From Mobula hypostoma (lineage: Eukaryota), in the NCBI RefSeq assembly GCF_963921235.1, contig NC_086104.1:142228001-142292000 (forward strand): 64,000 nucleotides of DNA, written 5' to 3'. A program made the position numbers and the translations under genes. Of this stretch, positions 25,300-36,604 are shown piece by piece; position 1 is the first letter of the stretch, and the number at the start of each line of letters is the position of its first letter. The notes beneath the pieces were generated by a model. It made no database searches and had not been told where the DNA came from. It saw nothing but the letters and a program-made list of their open reading frames with translations.

Positions 25300-25980
25300 T
25301 CAGAGGAGCAAAGTGAAAGTCATTGTGCTTTTTTTTTTCCTAGCCTGTTGCCAAGTGTCATTGGAAGATGACTCGAAGTACTGCTCTCATGTATAGCTGA
25401 AGCACATAATTCAGAATCAGTTCATGTTTTTTTTGGAATTAAAGATTGCATTTCTTAGGGTTTGACAGTCTGTCACGGAGCTGACATTAGGCAGACAAAT
25501 GCCTTGTTTCTGTGTAGCCGTCGACTTGAATTATCACGATTACAAATTCAACAGTTCTTTTTTAAAAGGCAAATCTGAAGTCAGGAAGTGTTTACTGTAA
25601 AATGCAGCCATAATTCATTGCGTCTGCTGCTTTTTTTTTACTTGGGCTTAGAATTTAAAGCTCACCTTCCAGCCATTTTTCTTAAGGCCAAGTATATGCC
25701 TGGAGCAAAGATGCTGTAAATCACAGGGCTGATAGATCCGCTTGTGAGGTGGATTTAAGTTGAGTTCAAGGGATTGTTGTTTGTAAACAAAGGTTATCTT
25801 ATTTTTCACTGCATCTTTCCTCATTATCCAATGGATATAAACCAGTATTCATTACAATATTCTTCCACTTGCGTGGTAAAGAAGCATGTGAGGTGAGCAG
25901 GGACTGTTGTTACCATTATGTGAAATGTCGTCTGCTTGCCGACTTCTCTAATCAGGCTGAAGTGTGTGACAGAAGCCCCC
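25300..25980. promoter_or_regulatory. Candidate conserved non-coding element / enhancer
   Basis: Repeat-free stretch with TGACAG-T-CTGTCA palindrome, CAGGAAGTGTTTAC (ETS+FOX) and TGTTTGTAAACAAAG; motif evidence only. Confidence 0.3.
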
Positions 25981-26009
25981 AGATGGAATCAGAGGAACTA
26001 AAGTATAAA

Positions 26010-26563
26010 CTTTACTGAGCATACTGCGTGCATGTTCGTGGTCTTCTGCTGCTGTAGCCCATCCACTTCAAGGTTCAAAGTGTTGTGTGTTTAGAGATGG
26101 TCTTTTGCATACCATGTGTGGTTATTTGAGTTACTGTCACCTTCCTGTTAGCTTGAACCGGTCTGCGCATTCTCCTATGACCTCTCTCATTAACAAGGAT
26201 GATTAACCTCATTAACAAGAATGATTAACCTCATTAACCTCACTCACTGGATGTTTATTTCTTTTGGAATTTTGCACCATTCTCTGTAAACTCTAGAGAC
26301 TGCTGTGCATAAAAATCCCAGGAGATCAGCAGTTTCTGAGATACTCAAACCATCCTGTCTGGCACCAACAATCATCCCATTGTCAAAGTCGCTTAGATCT
26401 CATTTCTTCCCCATTCGGATATTTCGTCTGAGCAACAACTGAGCCTCTTGACCACGTCAACATGCTGTTCTGCATTGGATTGGAGCCACACGATTGGCTG
26501 ATTAGATACTTGCATTAACGAACAGGTGTACAGATGTACCTAATAAAGTGGCCACTGGGTGTA
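26010..26563 (-). mobile_element. Tc1-like derivative (left TIR + transposase N-terminus)
   Basis: TIR TACCTAATAAAGTGGCCACTGGGTGTA at ~26537-26563; homology to 40865-41363; small internal 22-bp tandem duplication near 26185-26240. Confidence 0.85.
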
Positions 26564-27890
26564 AGGGCCAGAGCCTCTTGCGCTACAAAACAATGCAGTT
26601 CCATTCAAACACCAACATGTCATCTTTCTGTTCTCCTTCCCATCCAAACTGTATGTGAAGGTATGTTGTAAAGAGCTGACGTAGAAGGCTCGGGTAGTGG
26701 AGGATTGGGAGAAATATATGTATCGACTCTGCTCACCATTGTATTCTGAGGTAGGAGAAGTGGAAATCCCCTTTGTAATTTGATTTCACACCTGTCTTCA
26801 TCTTTCTGAAATGTTAACAAGATAATAAATGAAAGCGATACAAATGAAGTAATCTACCTGGCTCATCAGTCTCTCTCCAGTCAAGGGTATATATCTGATT
26901 AATTGAAAATGTGTACTCTCATCCCCAACAGCTAACGTTTTTTCATGTTGAACATGATTTCATTCTTAGCTCTACACAACAAACATCAAGCAATGGTAAG
27001 AGTGATTTCTACCTCAAACTATATTTCTCAACAGATATGAATATAAATGTGCTTGGTCTTAATTGTTTGCACGTAGTCGGATTTGAGATGTGGTCAGTGC
27101 TGACACGCCTCCAAGAGGATGATGACCTTGTTACAGGATTTGGAGGCTTGCATGCCACAATGGCCTGAAGAGCTATATTGGCTGGAGTCATGGCCTTGTG
27201 TTTTGACTCTTAGTAGGGTTACCGATGCCATACAGGTCAAGGGGTAGAGGCTAGACCAATAGCTGTCCATTGGTCTTACAGGTTTGGGGGTTCAGCTCAG
27301 GGCTAACAACTCTGACTGATAAAAACAAAATTGTCACAGAAACAGCAGTGAAGAATCCTTCTACATCTGTGAGCAACGGTATTCCTGAATCTCCACCTGG
27401 GATTTGCATGAATGACAATAGTGAAAACTGAGAGGAAGCTACTGGCATGATGGCATTGCCAAGACCTAAACCAAGTTTGCTTTTTGGAATGTATAAAGCT
27501 TGTACAATACTGCCAAGCTGGAACAATTAACTGCAAAAATGTGCTGTTACAGCCTACGTATACTGGGCATCAGTGAAAGCAGGCGGACAGGGTCTGGCAG
27601 ACTAAAGGCAGCAACTGGTGAAACAGTTTTATACTCAGGAAGGGAAGATGGTCAGCATCATGATGGTGTGGCTGTCATTTTGAAGAAAGGCATTCTGAAA
27701 TGCTTGCTGGAGTGCAAACCAATCAACAGTAGGCTGAGAGTCAAGCTGAAAGGGAAGCAAGTGAACACGACTGTGATCCAGTGCTGGGCTCCAATTAATG
27801 ATAGTGACATTGAAACCATAGAAACCATAGAAACTACAGCACAGAAACAGGCCCTTTGGCCCTTCTTGGCTGTGCCGAACCATTTTCTGC

Positions 27891-30818
27891 CTAGTCCCAC
27901 CGACCTGCACACGGACCATATCCCTCCATACGCCTCCCATCCATGTATCTGTCCAATTTATTCTTAAATGTTAAAAAAGAACCCACATTTACCACCTCGT
28001 CTGGCAGCTCATTCCATACTCCCACCATTCTCTGTGTGAAGAAGCCCCCACTAATTTTCCCTTTAAACTTTTCCCCCCTCACCCTTAACCCATGTCCTCT
28101 GGTTTTTTTCTCCCCTTGCCTCAGTGGAAAAAGCCTGCTTGCATTCACTCTATCTATACCCATCATAATTTTATATACCTCTATCAAATCTCCCCTCATT
28201 CTTCTACGCTCCAGGGAATAAAGTCCTAACCTATTCAACCTTTCTCTGTAACTGAGTTTCTCAAGTCCCGGCAACATCCTTGTAAACCTTCTCTGCACTC
28301 TTTCAACCTTATTTATATCCTTCCTGTAATTTGGTGACCAAAACTGAACACAATACTCCAGATTCGGCCTCACCAATGCCTTATACAACCTCATCATAAC
28401 ATTCCAGCTCTTATACTCAATACTTTGATTAATAAAGGCCAATGTACCACAAGCTCTCTTTACGACCCTATCCACCTGTGACTCCACTTTTAGGGAATTT
28501 TGTATCTGTATTCCCAGATCCCTTTGTTCCACTGCACTCCTCAGTGCCTTACCATTAACCCTGTATGTTCTACCTTGGTTTGTCCTTCCAACGTGCAATA
28601 CCTCACACTTGTCAGTATTAAACTCCATCTGCCATTTTTCAGCCCATTTTTCCAGCTGGTCCAAGTCCCTCTGCAGGCTCTGAAAACCTTCCTCACTGTC
28701 TACTACACCTCCAGTCTTTGTATCATCAGCAAACTTGCTGATCCAATTTACCACATTATCATCCAGATCATTGATATAGATGACAAATAACAATGGACCC
28801 AGCACTGATCCCTGTGGCACACCACTAGTCACAGGCCTCCACTCAGAGAAGCAATTCTCTACCACCACTCTCTGGCTTCTTCCATCGAGCCAATGTCTAA
28901 TCCAATTTACCACCTCTCCATGTATACCTAGCAACTGAATTTTCCTAACTAACCTCCCATGCGAGACCTTGTCAAAGGCCTTACTGAAGTCCATGTAGAC
29001 AATATCCACTGCCTTCCCTTCATCCACTTTCCTGGTAACCTCCTCGAAAAACTCCAACAGATTGGTCAAACATGACCTACCACGCACAAAGCCATGTTGA
29101 CTCTCCCTAATAAGCCCCTGTCTATCCAAATGCTTGTAGATTCTGTCTCTTAGTACTCCCTCCAATAACTTACCTACTACTGACGTTAAACTCACCGGCC
29201 TATAATTTCCCGGATTACTTTTCGATCCTTTTTTAAACAACGGAACAACATGAGCCACTCTCCAATCCTCCGGCACTTCACCCGTAGACAACGACATTTT
29301 AAATATTTCTGCAAGGGCCCCCGCAATTTCAACACTAGTCTCCTTCAAGGACCGAGGGAACACTCTGTCAGGTCCCGGGGATTTATCCACTTTAATTTTC
29401 CTCAAGACGGCAAGCACCTCCTCCTTTTCAATCTGTACAGTTTCCATGGTCTCACTACTTGATTCCCTCAATTCCATAGATTTCATGCCAGTTTCCTTAG
29501 TAAATACAGACGCAAAAAACCTATTTAAGATCTCCCCCATTTCCTTTGATTCCGTACAAAGCCGACCACTCTGATCTTCAAGAGGACCAATTTTATCCCT
29601 TACAATCCTTTTGCTCTTAATATACTTGTAAAAGCTGTTTGGATTATCCTTCACTTTGTCTGCCAAGGCAACCTCATGTCTTCTTTTTGCCCTCCTGATT
29701 TCTTTCTTAATTATTTTCTTGCACTTCTTATACTCCTCAAGCACCTGATTTACCCCCTGTTTCCTATACATTTCATACAACTCCCTCTTCTTCTTTATCA
29801 GAGTTGCAATATCCCTTGAGAACCAAGGTTTCTTATTCCTATTCAATTTGCCTTTAATCCTGACAGGAACATACAAACTCTGCACTCTCAAAATTTCCCC
29901 TTTGAAGGCTTCCCACCTACCAATCACATCTTTGCCAGAGAACAACCTGTCCCAATCCACGCTTTTTAGATCCTTTCTCATTTCTTCAAATTTGGCCTTC
30001 TTCCAGTTCAGAACCTCAACCCTAGGACCAGATCTATCCTTGTCCATGATCAAATTGAAACTAATGGTATTATGATCACTGGAACCAAAGTGCTCCCCTA
30101 CACAGACTTCTGTCACTTGTCCTAACTCGTTTCCTAACAGGAGATCCAATATTGCATCCCCTCTAGTTGGTCCCTCTATATATTGATTTAGAAAACTTTC
30201 CTGAACACATTTTACAAACTCTAAACCATCTAGACCCCTAACAGTATGGGAGTCCCAATCAATGTATGGAAAATTAAAATCCCCTACCACCACAACTTTA
30301 TGTTTCCTGCAGTTGCCTGCTATCTCTCTGCAGATTTGCTCTTCCAGGTCTCGTTGACTATTGGGTGGTCTGTAATACAATCCCGCTAATGTGGCCATAC
30401 CTTTCCTGTTTCTCAGCTCCACCCATAAGGACTCAGTAGACAAGCCCTCTAATCTGTCCTGCCTGAGCACTGCTGTAATATTTTCCCTAACCAGCAATGC
30501 TACTCCCCCACCTTTCATTCCTCTGCCTCGATCACATCTGAAACATCGGCACCCTGGAATATTAAGCTGCCAGTCCTGCCCCTCCTGTAGCCAAGTTTCA
30601 CTAATTGCTACAACATCATAATTCCACGTGTCAATCCACACCCTCAACTCATCCGCCTTCCCCGCAATACTCCTAGCATTGAAATATATACACCTCAGAA
30701 GATTTTTACCACCACTCACAACCTTTCTATCAGCGGATGTGCTTAAACTTTCAACATCATTTATCTTCACCCCAGCCACACTGTCAGCTCTGGCACTCTG
30801 GTTCCCATCCCCCTGCAA
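27891..30818 (-). CDS. CR1 ORF2: APE endonuclease + reverse transcriptase (975 codons; begins at TTG, true start uncertain)
   Basis: FNARS, AISETW, GDFN, LDLLL, SDH (APE); [34 protein letters not shown] (RT). Confidence 0.95.
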   Translation of the reverse strand: MQGDGNQSARADSVAGVKINDVESLSTSADRKVVSGGKNLLRCIYFNARSIAGKADELRVWIDTWNYDVVAISETWLQEGQDWQLNIPGCRCFRCDRGRGMKGGGVALLVRENITAVLRQDRLEGLSTESLWVELRNRKGMATLAGLYYRPPNSQRDLEEQICREIAGNCRKHKVVVVGDFNFPYIDWDSHTVRGLDGLEFVKCVQESFLNQYIEGPTRGDAILDLLLGNELGQVTEVCVGEHFGSSDHNTISFNLIMDKDRSGPRVEVLNWKKAKFEEMRKDLKSVDWDRLFSGKDVIGRWEAFKGEILRVQSLYVPVRIKGKLNRNKKPWFSRDIATLIKKKRELYEMYRKQGVNQVLEEYKKCKKIIKKEIRRAKRRHEVALADKVKDNPNSFYKYIKSKRIVRDKIGPLEDQSGRLCTESKEMGEILNRFFASVFTKETGMKSMELRESSSETMETVQIEKEEVLAVLRKIKVDKSPGPDRVFPRSLKETSVEIAGALAEIFKMSLSTGEVPEDWRVAHVVPLFKKGSKSNPGNYRPVSLTSVVGKLLEGVLRDRIYKHLDRQGLIRESQHGFVRGRSCLTNLLEFFEEVTRKVDEGKAVDIVYMDFSKAFDKVSHGRLVRKIQLLGIHGEVVNWIRHWLDGRSQRVVVENCFSEWRPVTSGVPQGSVLGPLLFVIYINDLDDNVVNWISKFADDTKTGGVVDSEEGFQSLQRDLDQLEKWAEKWQMEFNTDKCEVLHVGRTNQGRTYRVNGKALRSAVEQRDLGIQIQNSLKVESQVDRVVKRACGTLAFINQSIEYKSWNVMMRLYKALVRPNLEYCVQFWSPNYRKDINKVERVQRRFTRMLPGLEKLSYRERLNRLGLYSLERRRMRGDLIEVYKIMMGIDRVNASRLFPLRQGEKKTRGHGLRVRGEKFKGKISGGFFTQRMVGVWNELPDEVVNVGSFLTFKNKLDRYMDGRRMEGYGPCAGRWD

Positions 30819-30820
30819 AT

Positions 30821-31756
30821 CTAGTTTAATGCCTCCCCAAAAGCACTAACAAACCTCCCTGAAAGGATATTGGTCCCCCTGTGGTTCAAGTGTAACCCGT
30901 CTCTCTTGTACAGGTCCCACCTGCCCCAGAAGAGGTCCCAATGATCCTGAAATCTGAAACCCTGCCCCCTACACCAGTTCCTCAGCCACTTGTTCCTCCT
31001 CCAGAGCATCCTATTCCTACCCTCACTGGCACCTAGCACAGGTAGCAATCCTGAGATTACCACCCTTGAGGTCCTGCTTTTCAACTTCCTACCAAGCTCT
31101 CTATACTCACTGTCCAGGACCTCTTCATTCTTCCCTGCTATGTCATTGGTACCGATGTGCACCACGACATCTGGCTGGTCACCCTCCCACTTCAGAATGT
31201 CATGCAATTGATCAGAGACATCCTTGACCCTGGCACATGGGAGGCAACAAACCATCCTGGATTCTCTGTCACGACCACAGAACCTCCTACCTGCACCTCT
31301 AACTATCGAGTCCCCTATCACTACTGCTCTCCTCTTTGTCCCCCCTCCCTTCTGCACTGCAGAACCAGACTCAGTGCCAGAGATCCGGCTACTGCAGCTA
31401 GTCTCAGGTAAGTCATCCCCCCCAACAGTATCCAATGTGGTATACTTGTTGTTGAGGGGAATGGCCACAGGGTAACCCTGCTCTGCCTGCCCTTTCCTCT
31501 TCCCTCGCCTGACAGTGACCCAATTTCCTGTCCTCTGCTCCTTTGGCGTAACTACCTCCCTGTAGCTACGATCTATAATCTCCTCATTCTCCCGAATGAT
31601 CTGCAGGTCATCCAGCTCCTGCTCCAGTTCCCTAACGCGGTTTGTTAGGAGCTGCAGCTGGATGCACTTCTTGCAGGTGTCATTGTCAGGGACACCGGAG
31701 GGCTCCCTGACTTCCCACATCCTGCAAGAGGAGCATTCCAACATCCTGCCTGGCAT
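30821..31756 (-). CDS. CR1 ORF1: zinc finger + coiled coil + SGNH/GDSL esterase-like domain (311 aa from first ATG)
   Basis: CSSC...CKKC, heptad LQLLTNRVRELEQELDDL, GDS block I, GTND block III, DGLH block V. First ATG is at 31756; the track start at 31783 is TTG. Confidence 0.93.
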   Translation of the reverse strand: MPGRMLECSSCRMWEVREPSGVPDNDTCKKCIQLQLLTNRVRELEQELDDLQIIRENEEIIDRSYREVVTPKEQRTGNWVTVRRGKRKGQAEQGYPVAIPLNNKYTTLDTVGGDDLPETSCSSRISGTESGSAVQKGGGTKRRAVVIGDSIVRGAGRRFCGRDRESRMVCCLPCARVKDVSDQLHDILKWEGDQPDVVVHIGTNDIAGKNEEVLDSEYRELGRKLKSRTSRVVISGLLPVLGASEGRNRMLWRRNKWLRNWCRGQGFRFQDHWDLFWGRWDLYKRDGLHLNHRGTNILSGRFVSAFGEALN

Positions 31757-34700
31757 TCTCACTGCACTAAACAATCTGAACAAAAAACTTACCAGAACCT
31801 ACCCTGGCCTCTGCCTGTTCTCGCCGAAGCCTATTTGAGCCAAAGCTGTCCCACTCTGACTCAGTCCACTCCAGCGATGGCCGCTGTATATAAGTCAAGG
31901 ATGTCTTGAACAAGCAGCTGTAATTGGAGGTCACTATGCCATGACATAATCATTGTGATGGGAGATCTAAACACCGAAGTGGGAAATAGCAACTCACACT
32001 TCACTAGGTTCATGGGCACACGTGGATGTGGAACAATGAATAACAATGGTGAAAGACTGGTGGAATTCTGTGCCATAAACAATCTGGTCATAGGAAGGAC
32101 TATCTTTCCAGGCCATGAAATCCACAAACTGACATGGTGCTCACCCAATGGACATGGTCAGAACCAGACTGTCCCTTTAATGATTAATGGTATGCGGAGA
32201 TGTAAAGGTGAAGAGAGAAGTAGGTACAGGAAGTGATCAACACCTTATTGTAGCAGTGATGGAACTCAAATTGAGAATCACTGAGCCTAGAACAGACGGA
32301 CAAAGACATTTTGATTTTGAAAATCTCAAGGACAGTGGTGTGAGATCTGCCTTCACTGTTTAGCTGAGGAACAGATTCCAGGCCATTCAAGACCTTAACG
32401 AGGATGTGTTAGTAGACAGGATCGACACGACGTAGAAAGTGATTGCCTTAATCTTCAAGGAGAGCAGCAAAGTTTGTCTAGAATACATAGGCGGAAAGAA
32501 AAACAAAGAATGGATACAGCAGGAAACATGGACAACCTTAGAAGAAAGATGGAAAATTAAGAGGGAAGTGTTAGATGCAAAGTCAACACAAATTAAGGTA
32601 AAACTTCAACGTATACTGAAGCTAACAAGAGACTTGTAAGAAAGGATAAGAGAGTCTATATGGAAGACCTTTCAGAGGAGGCCAAAGCAGCAGCCTATCG
32701 AGGAAGTCAGACAAATGTATACAAGATTTCAAAATGGCATATGTAAAGTTCCAAGCCAGATCCAGTGGTCCTGCAAGAGATAAGAATGGTCCGCTTTTGA
32801 CAACTGAGAAAGAGCAAGAAGAATGATGGACAGAGTATTTCAAAGAACCTGACAAACAAGAGGCAGCAGAGGATCTTGACATCCACACAGATCCACCCAA
32901 GAAAGAGATTGTTGCTGTGATTAAATCATTGCAGAGCAACAAAGCTGCAGGACGCGATAATTTGAACGCTGAACCATTCAAAGCTGAACCAAAAGTTGCA
33001 ACAGCAATCCTTCAACTCCTGTTTACTAGAATCTGGGAAAGCGGACAAGTAGCCAAGAACTGGACAAAGAGAGTCATTGTTAGGATCCCCAAGAAAGGAG
33101 CACTAAGTGTTTGCAACAACTGGTGTGGCATCACACTTCTGTCAGTGCCCAGCAAGATTCTCACCAAAGGCATTGTCCAACGGATTACAGATGCTATCGA
33201 TGCATGATTGAGGAAGGAGCAAGCTGGCTTCAGTATGAACAAAGACTAAGTTGACCTGATCTTCACGCTGCGTAACATCATCGAACAGTGCACAGAGTGG
33301 CAGAGACAACTGTATGTGAATTTTGTGGACTTTGAAAAGGCTTTTGATTGCGTCCACAGGGAGAGCCTCTGGCAAATTCTCAGATCCTATGGGATCTCTT
33401 CCAAAATTGTTCAGCTTATCCAGAGTTTCTGTGTTAATTTCACCTGCACAGTTGGGGACTGCAATTAGAGCTTTAAAGTCAAGACAGGAGTCAGGTAAGG
33501 CTGTGTGATGTCAACAATATTATTTAACCTGGTGATTGACTGGGTTATGAGGCAAACAGCAAAAGATAAGCATAGAGACATTAGGCAGACTGTATTTTCT
33601 ACTTTAGGAGATGTTGACTTTGTGGACCTTGACATTACTATCATATACACTACAGCACAGACAGGAGAACACTCAGTGCCTGCGTACCTTTGGTGGACAA
33701 GTTAGACTCAGTGTCAGCCAGAGAAAGACTGGGACCATGACTCTGAATGTCGAGTCTCCTCCTCGTGTCAAGGCATATGGCATTTACTTACCCAGCTCCG
33801 CCAGATTCATCTAGCTGGGCAGCATCATTCAGCAGGATGGTGGCACCAAGGCCGACAACCAGTGCAGACCCAGCAAAGCCAGAAACATCTTCAGATCAAT
33901 GAGAAACTTATGGGGATCAATCAAGTACAACATGCACTACAAGATGAAACTATACCAAAGCTGTATTCTGTCTACACTCTTGTATGAGTCAGAGTGCTGG
34001 CACATGACAGAGATTGACCTTGCCACACCCATGAGCCACCTGTTGATCCTCTGTATCTTTTGGCCAAGAAAGATCTCCAACCATGCCCGACTCCTTCAGT
34101 GCCATCAAGAGGACATGGCCACCATCATCATGAGGAAACGTTGGAGATGGATCGGGCACGTGATGGGAAGAGGGGCCAACTCCATCATCAAGACTGCACT
34201 ACATTGGACTCTCAAAGGGTGGAGGAAACATGGGAGACCAAAAACAACTTGGTGCCATGCCGTGGAGGCAAAAATGATGATCCTGAACCACATCTGGGGC
34301 ACAATAGAGAAGATAGCCAAGGACAGCCAGAGATGGAGGATCTTCATTGCCACCCTAATGCCAGTGGCATAACAGGTGGTAACTAACTACTGGTGCTGAC
34401 ACAGCCATTCTCATTTCCCATTGAGATCGGGGTGGACAAGGTCTATGGCTTGCAGTTAACGAACAAGGCAGAGCTAGATTAAACTGAATGGAGCTGAACT
34501 GAACATTCCTGTTTTGATGACTTTGTAGTTTGATGTTTTATATTTTCTGCGTTACTTTTTCACTCATTTTTGCCGTTTGCGTGGTTCAATCTTTTTTTTG
34601 CAGGTTGGGGGTTTGCTGTTTTTCTTTCAATGGATTGCATGGTTTTCTTTGTTTCATGTCTGTATTTGGGAAATAACTGTCAGGGTTGTATACTGTATAC

Positions 34701-34964
34701 ATACTTTACTTTGAATCTTTGAAATGATGGTACATGACTGTTACAGAAGGATGTGTCAGAGTTCATACCCAGTGATCAGGAAAGGAACTATAGTGTCATA
34801 GAGAGATATAGAGCAGAAAAAGACTTATTGCCCACTGTTCAAACCAACCATCATTCCCTACTTACACTAATCCTACAATAATTCCATTTTCTGTTATTTT
34901 CCCTACATTTACGTCAATTCCTCCCAGGTATTATCCACTCAGATTCACTCTTATAGAGAAAACA

Positions 34965-35790
34965 TGGTCATGAAGAGGCATTCAGGAGCAAGATAGATCA
35001 GCTAGTTGAGTGGTGTCACAGCAGCCATCTTGCACTCGATGCCATGAAGACAAAGGAATTGATTGTGGACTTCAGGAAGGGGAAGTTGAGGGAACACATA
35101 CTAGTCTTTATTGAGGAGTCTGCAGTGGAAAGGGTGAGCATTTTCAAGATCCTGGGTGTCAACATCTCTGAGGATCTAACCCGTGCACAACATATTGATG
35201 CAGTTACAAAGAAGGTGCAACAGCAGCTACGTTTCATTAGGAGTTTGAGGAGAATGGGGAATGTCACCAAAGACACTCGTAAATTTCTGCAGATGTGGAG
35301 AGTATTTAACTGGTTGCGTTACTGTCTGATATGGAGGGACCATTGCACAGGATTGGAAAAAGCTGTCTGTATAAAGTTGTAAAATTAGCCAGCTTCATCA
35401 TGGGCACCAGCCCCCCCAGCATCGAGGACACCTTCAAAAGGCGATGCCTCCAAAAGGTGGCATCCATCATTAAGGATCCCCATCACCCAGGACATGCCAT
35501 CTTCTCATTACTACCATCAAGGAGGAAGTACAGGAGCCTGAAGACACACACTCTACATTTCAGGAACAGCTTCTTCCCCCTCTGCCATCTGATTTCTGGA
35601 TTGACATTGAACCCATGAACACTACCTCAGTCTTTTTCCCCTTTCTTTTTGCACTAGTTAATCAATTTAATTTTCTTTGTTATACATATTTCTTATTGTA
35701 ATTTACTGTTTTTAATGTATTGCATTGTACTGCTGCTGCAAACCAACAAATTTCATGATATATGCCAGCGATATCAAACCTGATTCTGAT
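34965..35790 (+). mobile_element. Rex/Babar-type LINE 3' fragment
   Basis: KTKELIVDFRK...VERVSIFKILGVNISEDLT...SIIKDPHHPGHA...FRNSFFP; CCTGATTCTGATT tail. Confidence 0.9.
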
Positions 35791-35797
35791 TGAAAAC

Positions 35798-36090
35798 ATG
35801 GCATAGTAGCGTGGAGCAGCATGTTAGTTTCAGGGCAGCAGAGTAGCATAGCATTTAGCATAATGCTATTAAAGAGCCAACGACACGGGTTCAATACTGC
35901 TCCAGTCAGCAGGAAGTTTGTACGTTCACCCCATGATCACGTGGGCTTTGTCTGGGTGCTCCTGTTTCCCCATACATTCTGAAGACATAGGGACTAATGG
36001 GTTAATTGGTCACATGGGTGTAATTGGGTGTTGTGGGCTCGTTGGCCCGGAAGGGCCTGTTAATGTGCTGTTTCTCTAAATGAATAAATG
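35798..36090 (+). mobile_element. V-SINE with CR1-like tail
   Basis: GGGTTCAATAC B box, GTTTGTACGTTC..GGGTGCTCCTGTTTCCCC V-domain, GGCCCGGAAGGGCC hairpin. Confidence 0.75.
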
Positions 36091-36104
36091 CATTAAAAGT
36101 TGTG

Positions 36105-36446
36105 CTTATTACTGCCTGCTACGCCGCTGGCGTTTTGAACAGCAATGAAGGTTCGCCATCTTTGTCCTCCATACCGTTGCGCACAGATAAAAAAGGATTC
36201 TTCTTTGCTGTTTCTATAACAATTTTTTCTGACCAGTCAGGTTTGTTAGCCTTGAGCTGAACCCCCAAACCTGGAGGACTGGTGGACCACGCTTAGTCTG
36301 GCCTCTACCCTTTGACCTGCTTGGCATGGGTGACCCTACCAAAAGCTAAAGCACAAAGCCCTGACTCCAGCCAACATGGCTCTCCAGGTCATTGAGACAC
36401 ACAAGTCTCCAAACCCAATGGCAAGGTTGCGCTGCTCTTGGAGGTT
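36105..36446 (-). mobile_element. Bipartite non-autonomous RTE derivative (5' UTR fused to 3' end), short type
   Basis: Minus strand matches 27107-27381, then jumps to the RTE 3' terminus (~34320-34385). Confidence 0.85.
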
Positions 36447-36604
36447 AAACATTTCAACAACTGATTTACTTATCGGCCTGTCTGCTTTTCTTTGGAAGGT
36501 GTGAGGAAGCCTGTGCGATCGCAGGGAGAACATGCAAACTCCATACAGGTAGCACCCGAGATTCAGATTATACCTGGGTCGCTGGAGCTGCAAGGAGGCA
36601 GGTC

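Larger units (their letters stand above)
27815..31891 (-). mobile_element. Young, coding-intact CR1 LINE (~4.08 kb)
   Basis: Short 5' UTR, two uninterrupted ORFs, 3' UTR with GGGCCAAAGGGCC hairpin and (TTTCTATGG)n tail. Confidence 0.97.
27440..34372 (+). pseudogene. RTE APE-RT pseudogene (27440-27814 joined to 31894-34372)
   Basis: Reading ..APINDSD-IE / VKDV.. resumes across the CR1 insertion; many stops and frameshifts. Confidence 0.85.
27107..34390 (+). mobile_element. Full-length RTE-clade LINE (~3.2 kb without the insert), decayed, interrupted by an intact CR1
   Basis: TSD (CA/TG)GTGCTGACAC at 27095-27106 and 34391-34402; APE motifs LGISE, MGDLN, KLTWCSPNG; RT motifs NWCGITLLSVPSK, FVDFEKAFD, GVR*GC; C-terminal RWRWIGHV..GRPKTTW; (TAAC)n tail. 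Confidence 0.92.

Noticed and set aside
27500-27967. 155-aa ORF as a novel chimeric protein
   Set aside because: It is the RTE endonuclease fragment reading by chance into the antisense CR1 tail (IETIET comes from the 9-bp repeat); it has no ATG start.
27943-31838. Plus-strand ORFs overlapping the CR1
   Set aside because: Short antisense frames expected opposite a long coding sequence; no independent motifs.
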